Source: a virus (Duplodnaviria; Caudoviricetes). Taken from it: DNA of 64,000 nt. Shown here one piece after another: positions 8,394 to 17,879 of this stretch. The notes below the pieces were generated by a model, which was given only the letters and a program-made list of their open reading frames with translations, was not told where the DNA came from and did not search any database. The stretch spans positions 11,143-75,142 of the IMG/VR virus record IMGVR_UViG_3300025018_000137. One strand, 5' to 3'. The translations under genes were made by a program, and so were the position numbers. Position 1 is the stretch's first letter. Each line of letters starts with the position of its first letter.

Positions 8394-9811
8394 TTGAATA
8401 TCTCCACATTTGACTTTCCGAAATCCTTCAACCGCTGAGCGAGTTGATGCTCGGCACGAAAGGACATTACGTCACGGATGGTAACCCATATCGGGGTTAG
8501 CTTTCCAGATAACGTCCGAAGGATTCTACCGTGTACTTGAACAAATGCGGCCTTCGGGGTCACATCGATCCCTGCGTCCAGCCCGGGGACATCGACGCCT
8601 TTCGAGAATACTGAGTAGGTAGAAAACACGATCCTTGAGCTGGCCAACCTGTCGTCCAGCCTTTCCAGCTTGTTCTTGCTCTCCTTCGGTACCAGTACGA
8701 CCGGAGTGAACACAGTGTCTTTCTGCCAGTGGGGCGGGAACCTGTCGGGGCTCCTATCCTTGGCGTATCTCCACTTCGTAGTCTTGCCCGTGTACACAAC
8801 CATCTCTTCCTCGGGCACCCCGGTCATCTCCATCAGGGTGTGAAGCTCCTCCAGATGCTGAACTCTCGCCCCGATTACCAGAATCTTCCTGTCATGCTCG
8901 TACAGCCATTTGATGGCCTGCACGATCATCCAGTTCCGGTCGGGATCGGCGGCAAGCTCACTGACGAACCTGCCGTCTTTCGGCGAGATGTTCGCGTACC
9001 ACGTCGGGACGTTGCCTTTGTACTCCAATACCCAGACTTTCGACTGTTGACGCTCTTCTTTCAGAACTACCCGGTGCTGCCCTACGTGATCCATCAATAG
9101 CTTGTTCAGTGCGTCCCTGCGATCGGGAGTGGCCGAAAGTGCCAATCGGTACATAGCGGGGAACATAGCGAGAACGTTGGAAAACTGCTCCGCCCCGCAT
9201 ACGTGGCACTCGTCGAATATCACCGTTCCGAATCTGAAGAAAAAATCATCAGAGTCGTACCCGTCGTCCGCTCTCCGGTAGATGGACTGGACCATCCCGA
9301 TCACGAAGTCGTAGCCTTCCCATTCGTCCTTGCCACCCCCGATGTAACCGATTTCACTTTTCTCGTAACCGAACAGGGAAACCAAGGTCGCGATCCATTG
9401 GTTCGCCAGCTTTTCCTGATCTACGAGTATCAGGGTCTTCATGGACAGATGGGCCGCGATGCAGCAACCCATAACCGTCTTGCCCGATCCGGTGTACGCT
9501 TCGAGCACAACATCATGCGCGGGGGGTACTTTGCCGCTAGCCGGGGCGAACAAAGACAAGACTTGGTTCACGGGGGCCTCTTGATGCGGGCGCAATTCAG
9601 GCCAGCTAGGGACTTCGTAATCCATTTCATCCCCGCACAAATCCGGCTCGACACCAATCGAGCTGGCGAAGGATCGCGGAGCCAGTAGCCATTGCGATTC
9701 GTCCGACCGATAGCCCTTGTGCTCGACAGTGGGCTCGCCCAGCTTCTTTACCGAGTAGGTCAGTCTCTTGCGGTGCTGGTAGTTGTCTGCGATGTGGGTC
9801 AGGCCCTGCAC
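8255..9811 (-). CDS. Superfamily 2 (DExH, UvsW-like) helicase
   Basis: LRPHQ Q-motif, AYTGSGKT, FDECH, ALSATP, FSKGVDVP, QVHGRILR. Confidence 0.9.
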   Translation of the reverse strand: MQGLTHIADNYQHRKRLTYSVKKLGEPTVEHKGYRSDESQWLLAPRSFASSIGVEPDLCGDEMDYEVPSWPELRPHQEAPVNQVLSLFAPASGKVPPAHDVVLEAYTGSGKTVMGCCIAAHLSMKTLILVDQEKLANQWIATLVSLFGYEKSEIGYIGGGKDEWEGYDFVIGMVQSIYRRADDGYDSDDFFFRFGTVIFDECHVCGAEQFSNVLAMFPAMYRLALSATPDRRDALNKLLMDHVGQHRVVLKEERQQSKVWVLEYKGNVPTWYANISPKDGRFVSELAADPDRNWMIVQAIKWLYEHDRKILVIGARVQHLEELHTLMEMTGVPEEEMVVYTGKTTKWRYAKDRSPDRFPPHWQKDTVFTPVVLVPKESKNKLERLDDRLASSRIVFSTYSVFSKGVDVPGLDAGIDVTPKAAFVQVHGRILRTLSGKLTPIWVTIRDVMSFRAEHQLAQRLKDFGKSNVEIFKWRMPDEVQKCNAAGLSAQCTKNSKRLRLPKIVTNADGRRMLQITS

Positions 9812-9969
9812 TTCATCTACCTCTGTTCCGGCTCTGGTCCGACGGCGCGTTGTAGTGCACGTCGCGGACTCTTGCCCGGAGCCTTTTCTCTCGATTCGCC
9901 CGGATACGCACGTAGCGCATGCTTCCTCCTAGACGGGGCGGCTAGGCCAATTCCTGCCGCCCCTGTTCC

Positions 9970-11112
9970 TCAACGACGGCCTTTACGAGCAGCCGGACGA
10001 GCAGCCGGTCGGACTGCGGGTCGGACACCGGCCCGGCGACGAGGCGGGGCTTCTTCAACCTCCTCTTCGGCCTCCTCTTCAACCTCCTCTTCGCCTTCTT
10101 CCTCGGCCTCCTCGTCACCTTCCTCCCATTCCTCTTCCGCCTCTTCGTCGGCGCTGTTCCATGCCTCGTCCGTCACGCCTTCGTCATCCAGCTCCGCGTC
10201 TTCGGTGGCACGAGAGCCCGGACGCGGCCGGCCTCCTACAACCTTCAGGAGCTGGTCGTACGTCATGGGAGGGAACACCTCATCGTAGTCGACGGGCTGC
10301 GAGGCGTCTTCCTGTATCGTCTTGCCCTCACGGTTGGTGTACTCGCGAACGTACTCCGACAGTTCGTCTTCAGACATGAATCCAACCAGATCAATGTCCG
10401 ACCCTGTGTTCGGAGAGCGCTGATCGTCGCGGAAAATCTTGACGATGGCACCGCGCATCGAGCCGTTGTTGCCGTCGCGTACGGCGGAGCTGTCCTGCAT
10501 CCGAGTCCACTTCGGCTGCATACCGAGCTTGACTCTCATCAGCTTCCGGCTGAACGCTTCGTTGCCGTCCTTGTCCTCGTAGAACGTAAGGATCGTGAAG
10601 ATCATCACGTAGGACGGGTGGGAGTCCGGGGCGTTCTCGCACACCGGGCAGAACTCGCCGTCGTCCGGAGCTTCGAGGCACGGTACGAACTTGGTCGGCC
10701 GGTTCTGATTGTTCGGGTCCGGGAGTGCGTGCTCGTGACGGTAGAAGGTGTCGATCGCTTCGTCCAGAACGACAATCTCGACCTCTTCTTCTGGCGGCAT
10801 CCAGAAGGACCAAGGGACGTTCGATTGCAGCTTAGCGGCTTCCCGCCGTTCTTCCATCTTCTTCCGCTCTTCCTCGGCCCGGGCTCGACCCGCACTACCG
10901 CCGTAGTTACGGGTAGTAGGTCCGGTCGGTGCTGCGGCGGCTTTGCGGCTCCGCGCCACTGCCGGGCGGCGACCTGTCGGGTTTGCTGCGGGTGCGCTTG
11001 CGGACTCGGCCCGTGCGCGTCGTGCGGGTCCAGCGGCTGGACGGGCGGTACTCCGCGTCGCAGGCTTCGCTTTCCCACGTACTGCTCGGTTGGGTTTCCG
11101 GTTGATGGGCAT
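9970..11112 (-). CDS. Single-stranded DNA-binding protein (gp32-like, tentative)
   Basis: Located in the replication module; H...C...CPVC possible Zn ligands; acidic C-terminal tract; Arg/Ala/Pro-rich ends. Confidence 0.6.
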   Translation of the reverse strand: MPINRKPNRAVRGKAKPATRSTARPAAGPARRARAESASAPAANPTGRRPAVARSRKAAAAPTGPTTRNYGGSAGRARAEEERKKMEERREAAKLQSNVPWSFWMPPEEEVEIVVLDEAIDTFYRHEHALPDPNNQNRPTKFVPCLEAPDDGEFCPVCENAPDSHPSYVMIFTILTFYEDKDGNEAFSRKLMRVKLGMQPKWTRMQDSSAVRDGNNGSMRGAIVKIFRDDQRSPNTGSDIDLVGFMSEDELSEYVREYTNREGKTIQEDASQPVDYDEVFPPMTYDQLLKVVGGRPRPGSRATEDAELDDEGVTDEAWNSADEEAEEEWEEGDEEAEEEGEEEVEEEAEEEVEEAPPRRRAGVRPAVRPAARPAARKGRR

Positions 11113-11488
11113 CTTGGCTTCTCCAATGGGTTAGTATCGTTTGCTTCACTTCATCGGCTAGCAGCATCGCCGTTCTCTTGGTCAACCCAAGAAGGATCAG
11201 TCTGTCGATCCTCAAGTCGAAAAAGTCGAACAGTTCGCATTTGCCCCCGTCGATTCCAATCGCTACCGGGAAGATGCTTGTGTCGGGAGTTTTTGCCCCG
11301 AAGCACGAAACCGGAACGACCATCATCAGGCGAATCGGAAATCTGGTTTTGGTGTGCATCTTGGGATCGTTGATCTGATACAGCACTGGTTCCCGATTCA
11401 GGACTTTTGCGAAGATGCTGCTTTGCTGGCCCTCTACTGTCGGGGTTTTACCGACCGAAGAATTATAGCACACCTCTTCCACCTATCG

Positions 11489-12754
11489 CTATACTCTTTT
11501 TTTCAGCTTGACTCTGCCGATCTTCCTTTTGCGCGGACCGCCGGACGCACCAACGACACGATTCTTAAGCACGCCAAAGCCCGCATCGGCTGCCGCCTCA
11601 TAGTAGCCGGCGCTGCTGGCGGTCCACTCTTTGGTGGGGGCTATCCTTAAGCACTCGCCGACAATTCGATAAGTATCCATCTGCGCTAACGACACTAATT
11701 CGGACGGGTCTTTGGCCCCCTCACCCTCCGGAAAATTTCTGGGGGACTTAGTGTGCATATGCCCCCAATCCAAGTAGTCGACTTTCATAGACTGCCCGAT
11801 CAGGCTCCACGCTTGGATGGCTGCTTTGTAGCCGGCGGCGTCGTGGTCAAACGCCAATACCACCGAATCTGTAATCGTTTGCAACTCTTTGAATTGCTCT
11901 TTCGTCAGTCCGCTGTGTAGGCACGCTACTGCAGGTATCCCAACCGCCCGCAGGGCCAAGTAGTCCATCGGGCCTTCTACTAGATACAGAGACTTCTGGT
12001 GTTCGTGCACGGACGCGTAGGAGATCGCATTTTCCCCGGAGAACTCGTCCGCCCCGAGAAGTAGCCTGCGTTTCTGCAGGCCGAAATAATCCTTCACTTT
12101 CATCCGGTGGTCGCGATGTATAGACCGCCCGGTGTAGCCGTACAGTTTGCCGTTCGCTCCTCGTACCGGGAACAGAATTCGCTGTTCTTCCGGGTCATAC
12201 TTCAGACGAGAAAGCGCAATATCGGCGTCTGTCTGTCCCCCGCCGCACCAGTACACGATAGGGTGAGGGTGATTCCACTGCTGGAGGGACTGGAGCCGTT
12301 CGTCTATGAAATTCCACGCCTCGATGTGCTCAGATAGCTCTTCCCACATTCCCTCTACTTCTGGTGGCACTTCCTCCATTTCGGTCTGAGCAGGTGACCG
12401 AGATGCGGCGCGCTTTCCGGCTCCGATCGAGATTCGCTTCTTCGCTGGCGCACCGAACAGCTCGGTGGCGTTGATGTCTTCTAAGAGCGAGTCGTAGCTG
12501 ATCCCTCGGAAGTCTGCGAGACGGCGGATCAGGAATGAGATGGGGCCTCGGAACCCGCAGGTGAAGCAATGTCCGACGCTCTTGTCGTCATCGTGGACCG
12601 ACACACCAAAGCTGGGCCGAAGGTCTTGGCCGCTGTGTTCCCGGACGTGGGGAGCCAGCGGGCAAGAGCCCATAACCCACTCCTTGTGGGATTTGTCGTC
12701 GATGTTCCTGACGCCGAGTTCCGACATCAGCGATACGATTGCTGCTCTATCCAT
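11489..12754 (-). CDS. DnaG-like DNA primase
   Basis: N-terminal Zn finger (CPLAPH...HCFTCG), ILFPVR...YGYTGR, TOPRIM LVEGPMD and AFDHDAAG. Confidence 0.88.
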   Translation of the reverse strand: MDRAAIVSLMSELGVRNIDDKSHKEWVMGSCPLAPHVREHSGQDLRPSFGVSVHDDDKSVGHCFTCGFRGPISFLIRRLADFRGISYDSLLEDINATELFGAPAKKRISIGAGKRAASRSPAQTEMEEVPPEVEGMWEELSEHIEAWNFIDERLQSLQQWNHPHPIVYWCGGGQTDADIALSRLKYDPEEQRILFPVRGANGKLYGYTGRSIHRDHRMKVKDYFGLQKRRLLLGADEFSGENAISYASVHEHQKSLYLVEGPMDYLALRAVGIPAVACLHSGLTKEQFKELQTITDSVVLAFDHDAAGYKAAIQAWSLIGQSMKVDYLDWGHMHTKSPRNFPEGEGAKDPSELVSLAQMDTYRIVGECLRIAPTKEWTASSAGYYEAAADAGFGVLKNRVVGASGGPRKRKIGRVKLKKRV

Positions 12755-12766
12755 GTCTGCGCTCCC

Positions 12767-12782
12767 GTGAAATCGATTTCAC
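12767..12782. promoter_or_regulatory. Perfect copy of the genome-wide 16-bp palindrome GTGAAATCGATTTCAC
   Basis: Perfect inverted repeat overlapping a stop codon, 13 nt upstream of the primase start; about 22 further variants listed in findings. Confidence 0.7.
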
Positions 12783-13282
12783 TTCTTCTTCGCGCGGCTC
12801 GGCTTCTTCACCGGGGTCGCCGAAGTAAACTTGTACTCCACCGGCTTCTTGGCCCCCTTACGCTCGTCGATCATGTCGTCAAGCTGCAAGGTGCTCAGGA
12901 AACGCTTGGCTGACGCCAGCTCGATCTTGCAGGACTGGAAGAACTGATCTTCGGAGACCACATCGTAAAACTGGCGCGGGTCGATGGTCCGCACGAGATT
13001 GCTTCTCGGGGTGTACATCTCGTGGACACCATGCGCCGTCTTGAACTCTTCGATCCCGTACCGAGTCATCATGGTACGGGCTTCATCCTGAAGCACGGAC
13101 AACTCTGCGGTAGCGGTAGCGATCGCCGCCTGCGCCTCCGCGATCCTCTTCGCTACGCGAGTCAATGCCGCCTTCGCCGGCCCGTCCACCGTCTCTTTGA
13201 CTCGCTTGCGTCTGGCTACTCCAGCAACTGGAGTGGCGGTTTTCTTCGATATCAGAACTCTGCGAGGCGTTGGGGCTGGCAT
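12779..13282 (-). CDS. Hypothetical coiled-coil protein
   Basis: 167-aa ORF with its own upstream promoter; Ala-rich heptad segment. Confidence 0.55.
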   Translation of the reverse strand: MPAPTPRRVLISKKTATPVAGVARRKRVKETVDGPAKAALTRVAKRIAEAQAAIATATAELSVLQDEARTMMTRYGIEEFKTAHGVHEMYTPRSNLVRTIDPRQFYDVVSEDQFFQSCKIELASAKRFLSTLQLDDMIDERKGAKKPVEYKFTSATPVKKPSRAKKK

Positions 13283-13315
13283 GAGGGTTTCCCTCCTTGA
13301 TTGATCGGCCCGATG

Positions 13316-13343
13316 ATTGTACTTGTCTAAGATTCTTTGTCAA
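13316..13343 (-). promoter_or_regulatory. sigma70-like promoter overlapping the polA stop
   Basis: TTGACA (13343-13338), 16 nt, TACAAT (13321-13316). Confidence 0.65.
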
Positions 13344-16024
13344 GCGACCAGTGTAACCAAATGCTCCTCGATCTCAATCCTGCCGTAGTTCTCAGGTACG
13401 ACCTGTTCCGGCAGCTCGATATCCATATCCTCGATCGTGCTGAAGTCGAAGTCTTCGTCCAGATCAAGCCCAGACATTTCGTACTGCTTGCCCGCGTGAG
13501 TGCCGAACGACACGTCGGCGACAATGGGGATCGACATCTTGTAGCCCCACAAACCTTCGATGTCCACGCCCTCCATGTACTCCTTCAGAACCTTCGCGCC
13601 CCACTCGACGTGCTCAAGCCGAACGAGGGCGAGCAAGGCGTCATGCACGAACCCGTTGGGAGTCAACAGTTCCGGGTCGATCTCTTGGTCGATCTCGGCA
13701 TTCGCCCTCACCCCTAGAGTGGATGCGAACTCCTGCACCGGGCTGTTGATCGCCTGACGTTCTGCTTCTTGGCGGATGTACTCTTCGACAGAGCGGATGG
13801 CCGGGAGATGACGAACTCGACCCGAGAACGATCGCACGTAGCCGTACTCCCGCGCGAACTCCCGAACGGCTTGGTGCCATGCGGTAAGCCCAGAGTAGGT
13901 CTGGAAGAATTGCTTGCGGATGCGCTTGGCGTCGTTCTCGGAAAACTCCACCCCGTACTGCGTCTTCGCGTACACGATGAACTTGCGCCAGCCCATGCCG
14001 TAGATGAATCCGAAGTTCACGGCCTTGGCCTTGAATCGCAGCAAGTCCCGTTCGTCCGCTTCGAGACTCTGATACTCCGCCTCGGATATGCCAGCGACGA
14101 TGAGCGCGGTGCGTCTGTGGATGTCTCCCCCGGTTTGGTAGATTTCCAACATCGTTGGTTCTTGCGCCATCTCAGCGACGATGCGAAGCTCGGCCTGCGA
14201 CAAGTCACACTGGAGCAAAGCGTAGCCGGGAGGTGCCTTGAAGATTCCTCGGTACAGCTTGGCAAAGCGTCCCCGCTTCGGGAAGTTCTGGCCGTTGGGA
14301 TCGCGTGAGGCGCTTCGCCCGGTCACCGCTACGTGGAGCTGGTAGATCGGGTGAATGCTCCCCTCGTAGATGTAATGCTCACGGAACTTCTTGATGTTGG
14401 TTTCGAGCAGACGGTTCATCTTCATCCACTCGGCCAATACCTCGGTGTACGGGCACTCGTCGAAGAAGAACGGCAGGTGGTCCTTTGAGCTGGTGGTGGG
14501 GACACGTAGATGTTCGGGGAGCTTGGAGGTTCCCTTCGTGAACATCTTGGGCTCCAAACAGAATCCGTCTGGGTGGTCGAACAGGATATCCCGTATCAGT
14601 TCCGGTCTCGTGAGGCTGATCTTCTTGCCCGCCCGGAAATGATCTCGGACCACCTTGCGAGGCATGTCGCGAACCAGCGTCGCGTGCAGATCGTCAACGT
14701 GGGCCTGAAGGTTTTCCTGCAGCGAGTCTAGGGCATTCTCGTCCACGTCGAGCCCTTGAAGCTCCATCGGCATGAACGAATTCAGGCCCGGCATTGACAC
14801 CGTGTAGTAGTTGTTTTCCTGCGCCGGGTCGTCAGCCATGATCCCAAGAATCACGTTACGAAGACGCAGGGCGGCATCAACGTCCCCGCACCCGTACGAC
14901 ACGATATCGTCGAGAGGGACTTCCGCCATCTTCGATTTGTCGTAGTGGGAATCAAACCAGTCCGAATACCCGCCCATCTCCGGGACATACATCTTGACCA
15001 CGGTGGCCAAGTCTTTCGACCGGAGGTTTTCGTCGATGCTTGCCAGCATGACCAGCGTGTCTTCCATGATCCGTACGCGCAGGCCGAGGCGGGTCCATAT
15101 CCACATCGCATCAAACTTGACGTTGTGTCCTGTGACCGACACTTCCGGCCGGCAAAGAAGCTCCTTGAGCTGCCGCCTCAGTTTGTTCTTGAGCCGCTTC
15201 GGGGCTGGGTCGTCTGGATGATCCCAAGATATCAGGTACCCGGTACCTTCCTCGGTGGATACCTGTATGGTCAGCAAACGCTTGTCTCTTTCGATCCAGC
15301 GAAGGCCCTCGGTCTCTACGTCCAAAGATACTACTTCCGGGTTTTGGTCGATGAGGAACTGTAGGTCTTTCACCCGTTCGTAGTGCCCGGACGCGTTGTC
15401 GCTCGCCAGCTTCTGGTCGAAGCCGTTGTTCATGAGGCGGGAGAGAATCTTGCAGTCGGCGTCGAAGATGCCTTCGTTCTGCGGGTACAGTGCCACGAAC
15501 AGCGGATCGATCATCGGGAACACATGGGCGTTGTAATCGGTTACAAACTTGGCGATGCCCCGGGCCTTCATGATCTGCACGCCCCGCCCCATCAGGATGC
15601 TGGCCGTCTCCGCCCCCAAAGGGATGATGACTTCAGGCTTGACCTGGTCGATGACTCGAAGCATGTACTCGCGACAGCTTGCGGCGATCTCCTTCTTGAT
15701 GACCGCCTCAGTCTCGTCCCGAACGAAGTGGCAGCGTATGACGTTGTGGAATGCAACGTCGGACTTGTCCAATCCGTTCTTGGACATGAAGTGTGAGAGC
15801 ACACGCATCCCGTTCTTGCTGAGATGCTGTCGCTGCCTAGCCGCCCCCTCGTTTTCTGGCTCCTTGTACAGCACGAGAATCCTAGCCCCGCGAGTCAGCG
15901 TGGGCTTGATCTTCTCGCATCCTTCGAGCGGGCATGTCCGGCACGGATGCGGTACCCGCAGAAGGTTCTTCTTGATCGATATCTCACGGGCAAGTGCAAC
16001 TTCGCTCATCGGGTTGGCATCCAA
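13340..16024 (-). CDS. polA: Family A DNA polymerase with N-terminal family-4 UDG-like domain and 3'-5' exonuclease
   Basis: Exo I SLDVET, Exo II HNVKFD, Exo III YGCGDVD; motif A CDLSQAELR, motif B KAKAVNFGFIYG, motif C VHDA; N-terminal CxxC...NVIRC...SC pattern of UDG-4/SPO1-type domain. Confidence 0.95.
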   Translation of the reverse strand: MDANPMSEVALAREISIKKNLLRVPHPCRTCPLEGCEKIKPTLTRGARILVLYKEPENEGAARQRQHLSKNGMRVLSHFMSKNGLDKSDVAFHNVIRCHFVRDETEAVIKKEIAASCREYMLRVIDQVKPEVIIPLGAETASILMGRGVQIMKARGIAKFVTDYNAHVFPMIDPLFVALYPQNEGIFDADCKILSRLMNNGFDQKLASDNASGHYERVKDLQFLIDQNPEVVSLDVETEGLRWIERDKRLLTIQVSTEEGTGYLISWDHPDDPAPKRLKNKLRRQLKELLCRPEVSVTGHNVKFDAMWIWTRLGLRVRIMEDTLVMLASIDENLRSKDLATVVKMYVPEMGGYSDWFDSHYDKSKMAEVPLDDIVSYGCGDVDAALRLRNVILGIMADDPAQENNYYTVSMPGLNSFMPMELQGLDVDENALDSLQENLQAHVDDLHATLVRDMPRKVVRDHFRAGKKISLTRPELIRDILFDHPDGFCLEPKMFTKGTSKLPEHLRVPTTSSKDHLPFFFDECPYTEVLAEWMKMNRLLETNIKKFREHYIYEGSIHPIYQLHVAVTGRSASRDPNGQNFPKRGRFAKLYRGIFKAPPGYALLQCDLSQAELRIVAEMAQEPTMLEIYQTGGDIHRRTALIVAGISEAEYQSLEADERDLLRFKAKAVNFGFIYGMGWRKFIVYAKTQYGVEFSENDAKRIRKQFFQTYSGLTAWHQAVREFAREYGYVRSFSGRVRHLPAIRSVEEYIRQEAERQAINSPVQEFASTLGVRANAEIDQEIDPELLTPNGFVHDALLALVRLEHVEWGAKVLKEYMEGVDIEGLWGYKMSIPIVADVSFGTHAGKQYEMSGLDLDEDFDFSTIEDMDIELPEQVVPENYGRIEIEEHLVTLVA

Positions 16025-17295
16025 TCAAGTGTTCTGGCCGGGGTATGCGTTCCGCCTTCCGCTTCGTCAGGCTCGCTAACATCCAGATCGATCTGGGGTA
16101 GCTGGACGTATGGCTCGAAAGAGAACCGGATCGGGAAATCCACCGGGTCGCCTTCTCGGGCTGCGAGCTGTCGGATCACTCGTACCCTCGGGTCTTGGAT
16201 TCGAGCGGGCGCTTTCGAGATACCAAGGATTACCGAGCAGTGCGTGGAGAAGGCGTCCGAGTACCCGATCGTCTCTAGGTTACCACCGCCACGTACCTTC
16301 GTGCTTTCCCTGTTCAACTGGCTGGTGCCTATGATCGGCAAGCGATGGTCGAAGGACGATCTCTTCAGATCAGTCAAGATCGCGGTAACCTTGTCTCCGG
16401 TGGATGAGTTCTTGGCTGCCGTGGGGCTCCGCATCAAGTACAGCCCGTCAACGAACACGATGTCTGGCTGGATGTCGGATATCACCCCATCCAGCTCGTT
16501 CGTGCCCTGCGCCATGTTGCTGCCGTACACATGGAAAGACTGGAGACCAGCGTAGTACGCCATAGTCTCTTCCAGACGGCGCTCACCATCCCTGCCAAGT
16601 CTGCCTTTTCGGACGTTCTCAGCGTTGAGCCGGGCTTTCATCGCGAAGAGGCGCATACCGATGGCCTCGGCGGACATCTCCATGCTGGACAGTAATACCG
16701 AGAATCCTGCGTCTACAGCGTGCATAACCGACCATAGGAGAAGCCACGTCTTGCCTTGCTTCGGCCGTCCTACGATGGCGTTCAGATCGGTAGGTAGCCA
16801 CCCGCCCGATTGCTCGTCCAATGCTTCCCATCCGGTCGGCACCCCGATCAAGCCCACCGCATGGTGACGCTCGCGATACAGCTCCATGACGCGCTCGCCC
16901 AAGGCGGTCGAGTCCAAGAGCGTATCGTCAGTGCGGTTGGCGCGTATCGATCCTGCCAGAGCGTTGACTGCCTCGAACGCGGCCGGCATATCGCTGGACG
17001 ACAGGGCATCGCGCAGTTCATTGAACGGGTCCACAAGCGCGTTGTACGTTCTGCGCTCCCGAACCTTCTCCAGATAGTATTCGAGACTGTCTTCCGCCCG
17101 AAAGAATTCTACCCCGCAATCTTCCTCGATAGCGTCAACCGTGGGCAACTCGCCAAACCTGCGGCGGTGGTTCCGCACGTAGTTGTACGCGCGCACTTCC
17201 TCGTCGCCCATGAAGTCTTCTTGCGACACAGATCGCAAAGCGCCCGGCTGCTGACGCTCGCATATGACGTACAGCAAATCCATACCGTGGCTCAT
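16006..17295 (-). CDS. dnaB: DnaB-like replicative helicase
   Basis: GVPTGWEALD, IVGRPKQGKT, SSMEMS, VFVDGLYLM, SQLNRE; GGAG RBS before the start at 17295. Confidence 0.9.
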   Translation of the reverse strand: MSHGMDLLYVICERQQPGALRSVSQEDFMGDEEVRAYNYVRNHRRRFGELPTVDAIEEDCGVEFFRAEDSLEYYLEKVRERRTYNALVDPFNELRDALSSSDMPAAFEAVNALAGSIRANRTDDTLLDSTALGERVMELYRERHHAVGLIGVPTGWEALDEQSGGWLPTDLNAIVGRPKQGKTWLLLWSVMHAVDAGFSVLLSSMEMSAEAIGMRLFAMKARLNAENVRKGRLGRDGERRLEETMAYYAGLQSFHVYGSNMAQGTNELDGVISDIQPDIVFVDGLYLMRSPTAAKNSSTGDKVTAILTDLKRSSFDHRLPIIGTSQLNRESTKVRGGGNLETIGYSDAFSTHCSVILGISKAPARIQDPRVRVIRQLAAREGDPVDFPIRFSFEPYVQLPQIDLDVSEPDEAEGGTHTPARTLDWMPTR

Positions 17296-17879
17296 GTCCG
17301 CTCCCACAGACGATAGGTGCCCATCGGGTACAGGACTTCCTCGTTGTTTGTGAAATCGTCTGCACTAACTCGATAGGTCCAATCCAGAATGGAATGGCTA
17401 AGAGAGTTGATGACCGGACCTAACGATGACCAGTGGATCACCCCGCCCCCGTCTTGGAACAGGTGTATGAAATCTCTGAGGCGAGAAGTATCACGGGTAG
17501 AGTAGGGCCACGCGTCTTCCGTAACTCCGAAGTCTCCCCCGACGATAGAGAGGTGCCCGTATTCCATGAGCCAGCAATCCAGCAACTTCGTGCCTGCGTG
17601 TTCGGATACGGTATCCATCAGCGTAGAGAAGTTGAGCAGCCGGACTTGGCATCCCCGAAGTACCAGCTCCTTTGTCAATATGTGCATGAAGCATCGCGCA
17701 TTACCGGGCGGCAAAGTAGTCCAGTCTCCCGCGTCCAGATGGATGCCTTTCTGGTGCCTTGCCCATCCTGCCGTGGCCACGTAGTCGCGGACTTTGTGGC
17801 ACCCGATAGTGAGCATGCTAAGGCCCCACGATCCTCTGGCTACTCCGGCGGCTTCGAGCTGGTTCTCAATCTCAGTCAT
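17292..17879 (-). CDS. Degenerate DnaC/IstB-like helicase-loader candidate
   Basis: Directly upstream of dnaB; segment order resembles IstB/DnaC (ELVLRGCQVRLLNFSTLMD, HLSIVGGDFG) but no intact Walker A. Confidence 0.35.
   Translation of the reverse strand: MTEIENQLEAAGVARGSWGLSMLTIGCHKVRDYVATAGWARHQKGIHLDAGDWTTLPPGNARCFMHILTKELVLRGCQVRLLNFSTLMDTVSEHAGTKLLDCWLMEYGHLSIVGGDFGVTEDAWPYSTRDTSRLRDFIHLFQDGGGVIHWSSLGPVINSLSHSILDWTYRVSADDFTNNEEVLYPMGTYRLWERT

Noticed and set aside
10907-11482. 191-aa ORF between primase and SSB
   Set aside because: It overlaps the SSB gene by about 200 nt and has no recognisable motif. A shorter real gene may exist here, but I cannot fix its boundaries.
13340-16024. 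DpoZ / aminoadenine (Z-genome) polymerase
   Set aside because: No PurZ-like synthetase or dATPase gene is seen in the window, and the polymerase motifs are ordinary (KAVNFG).
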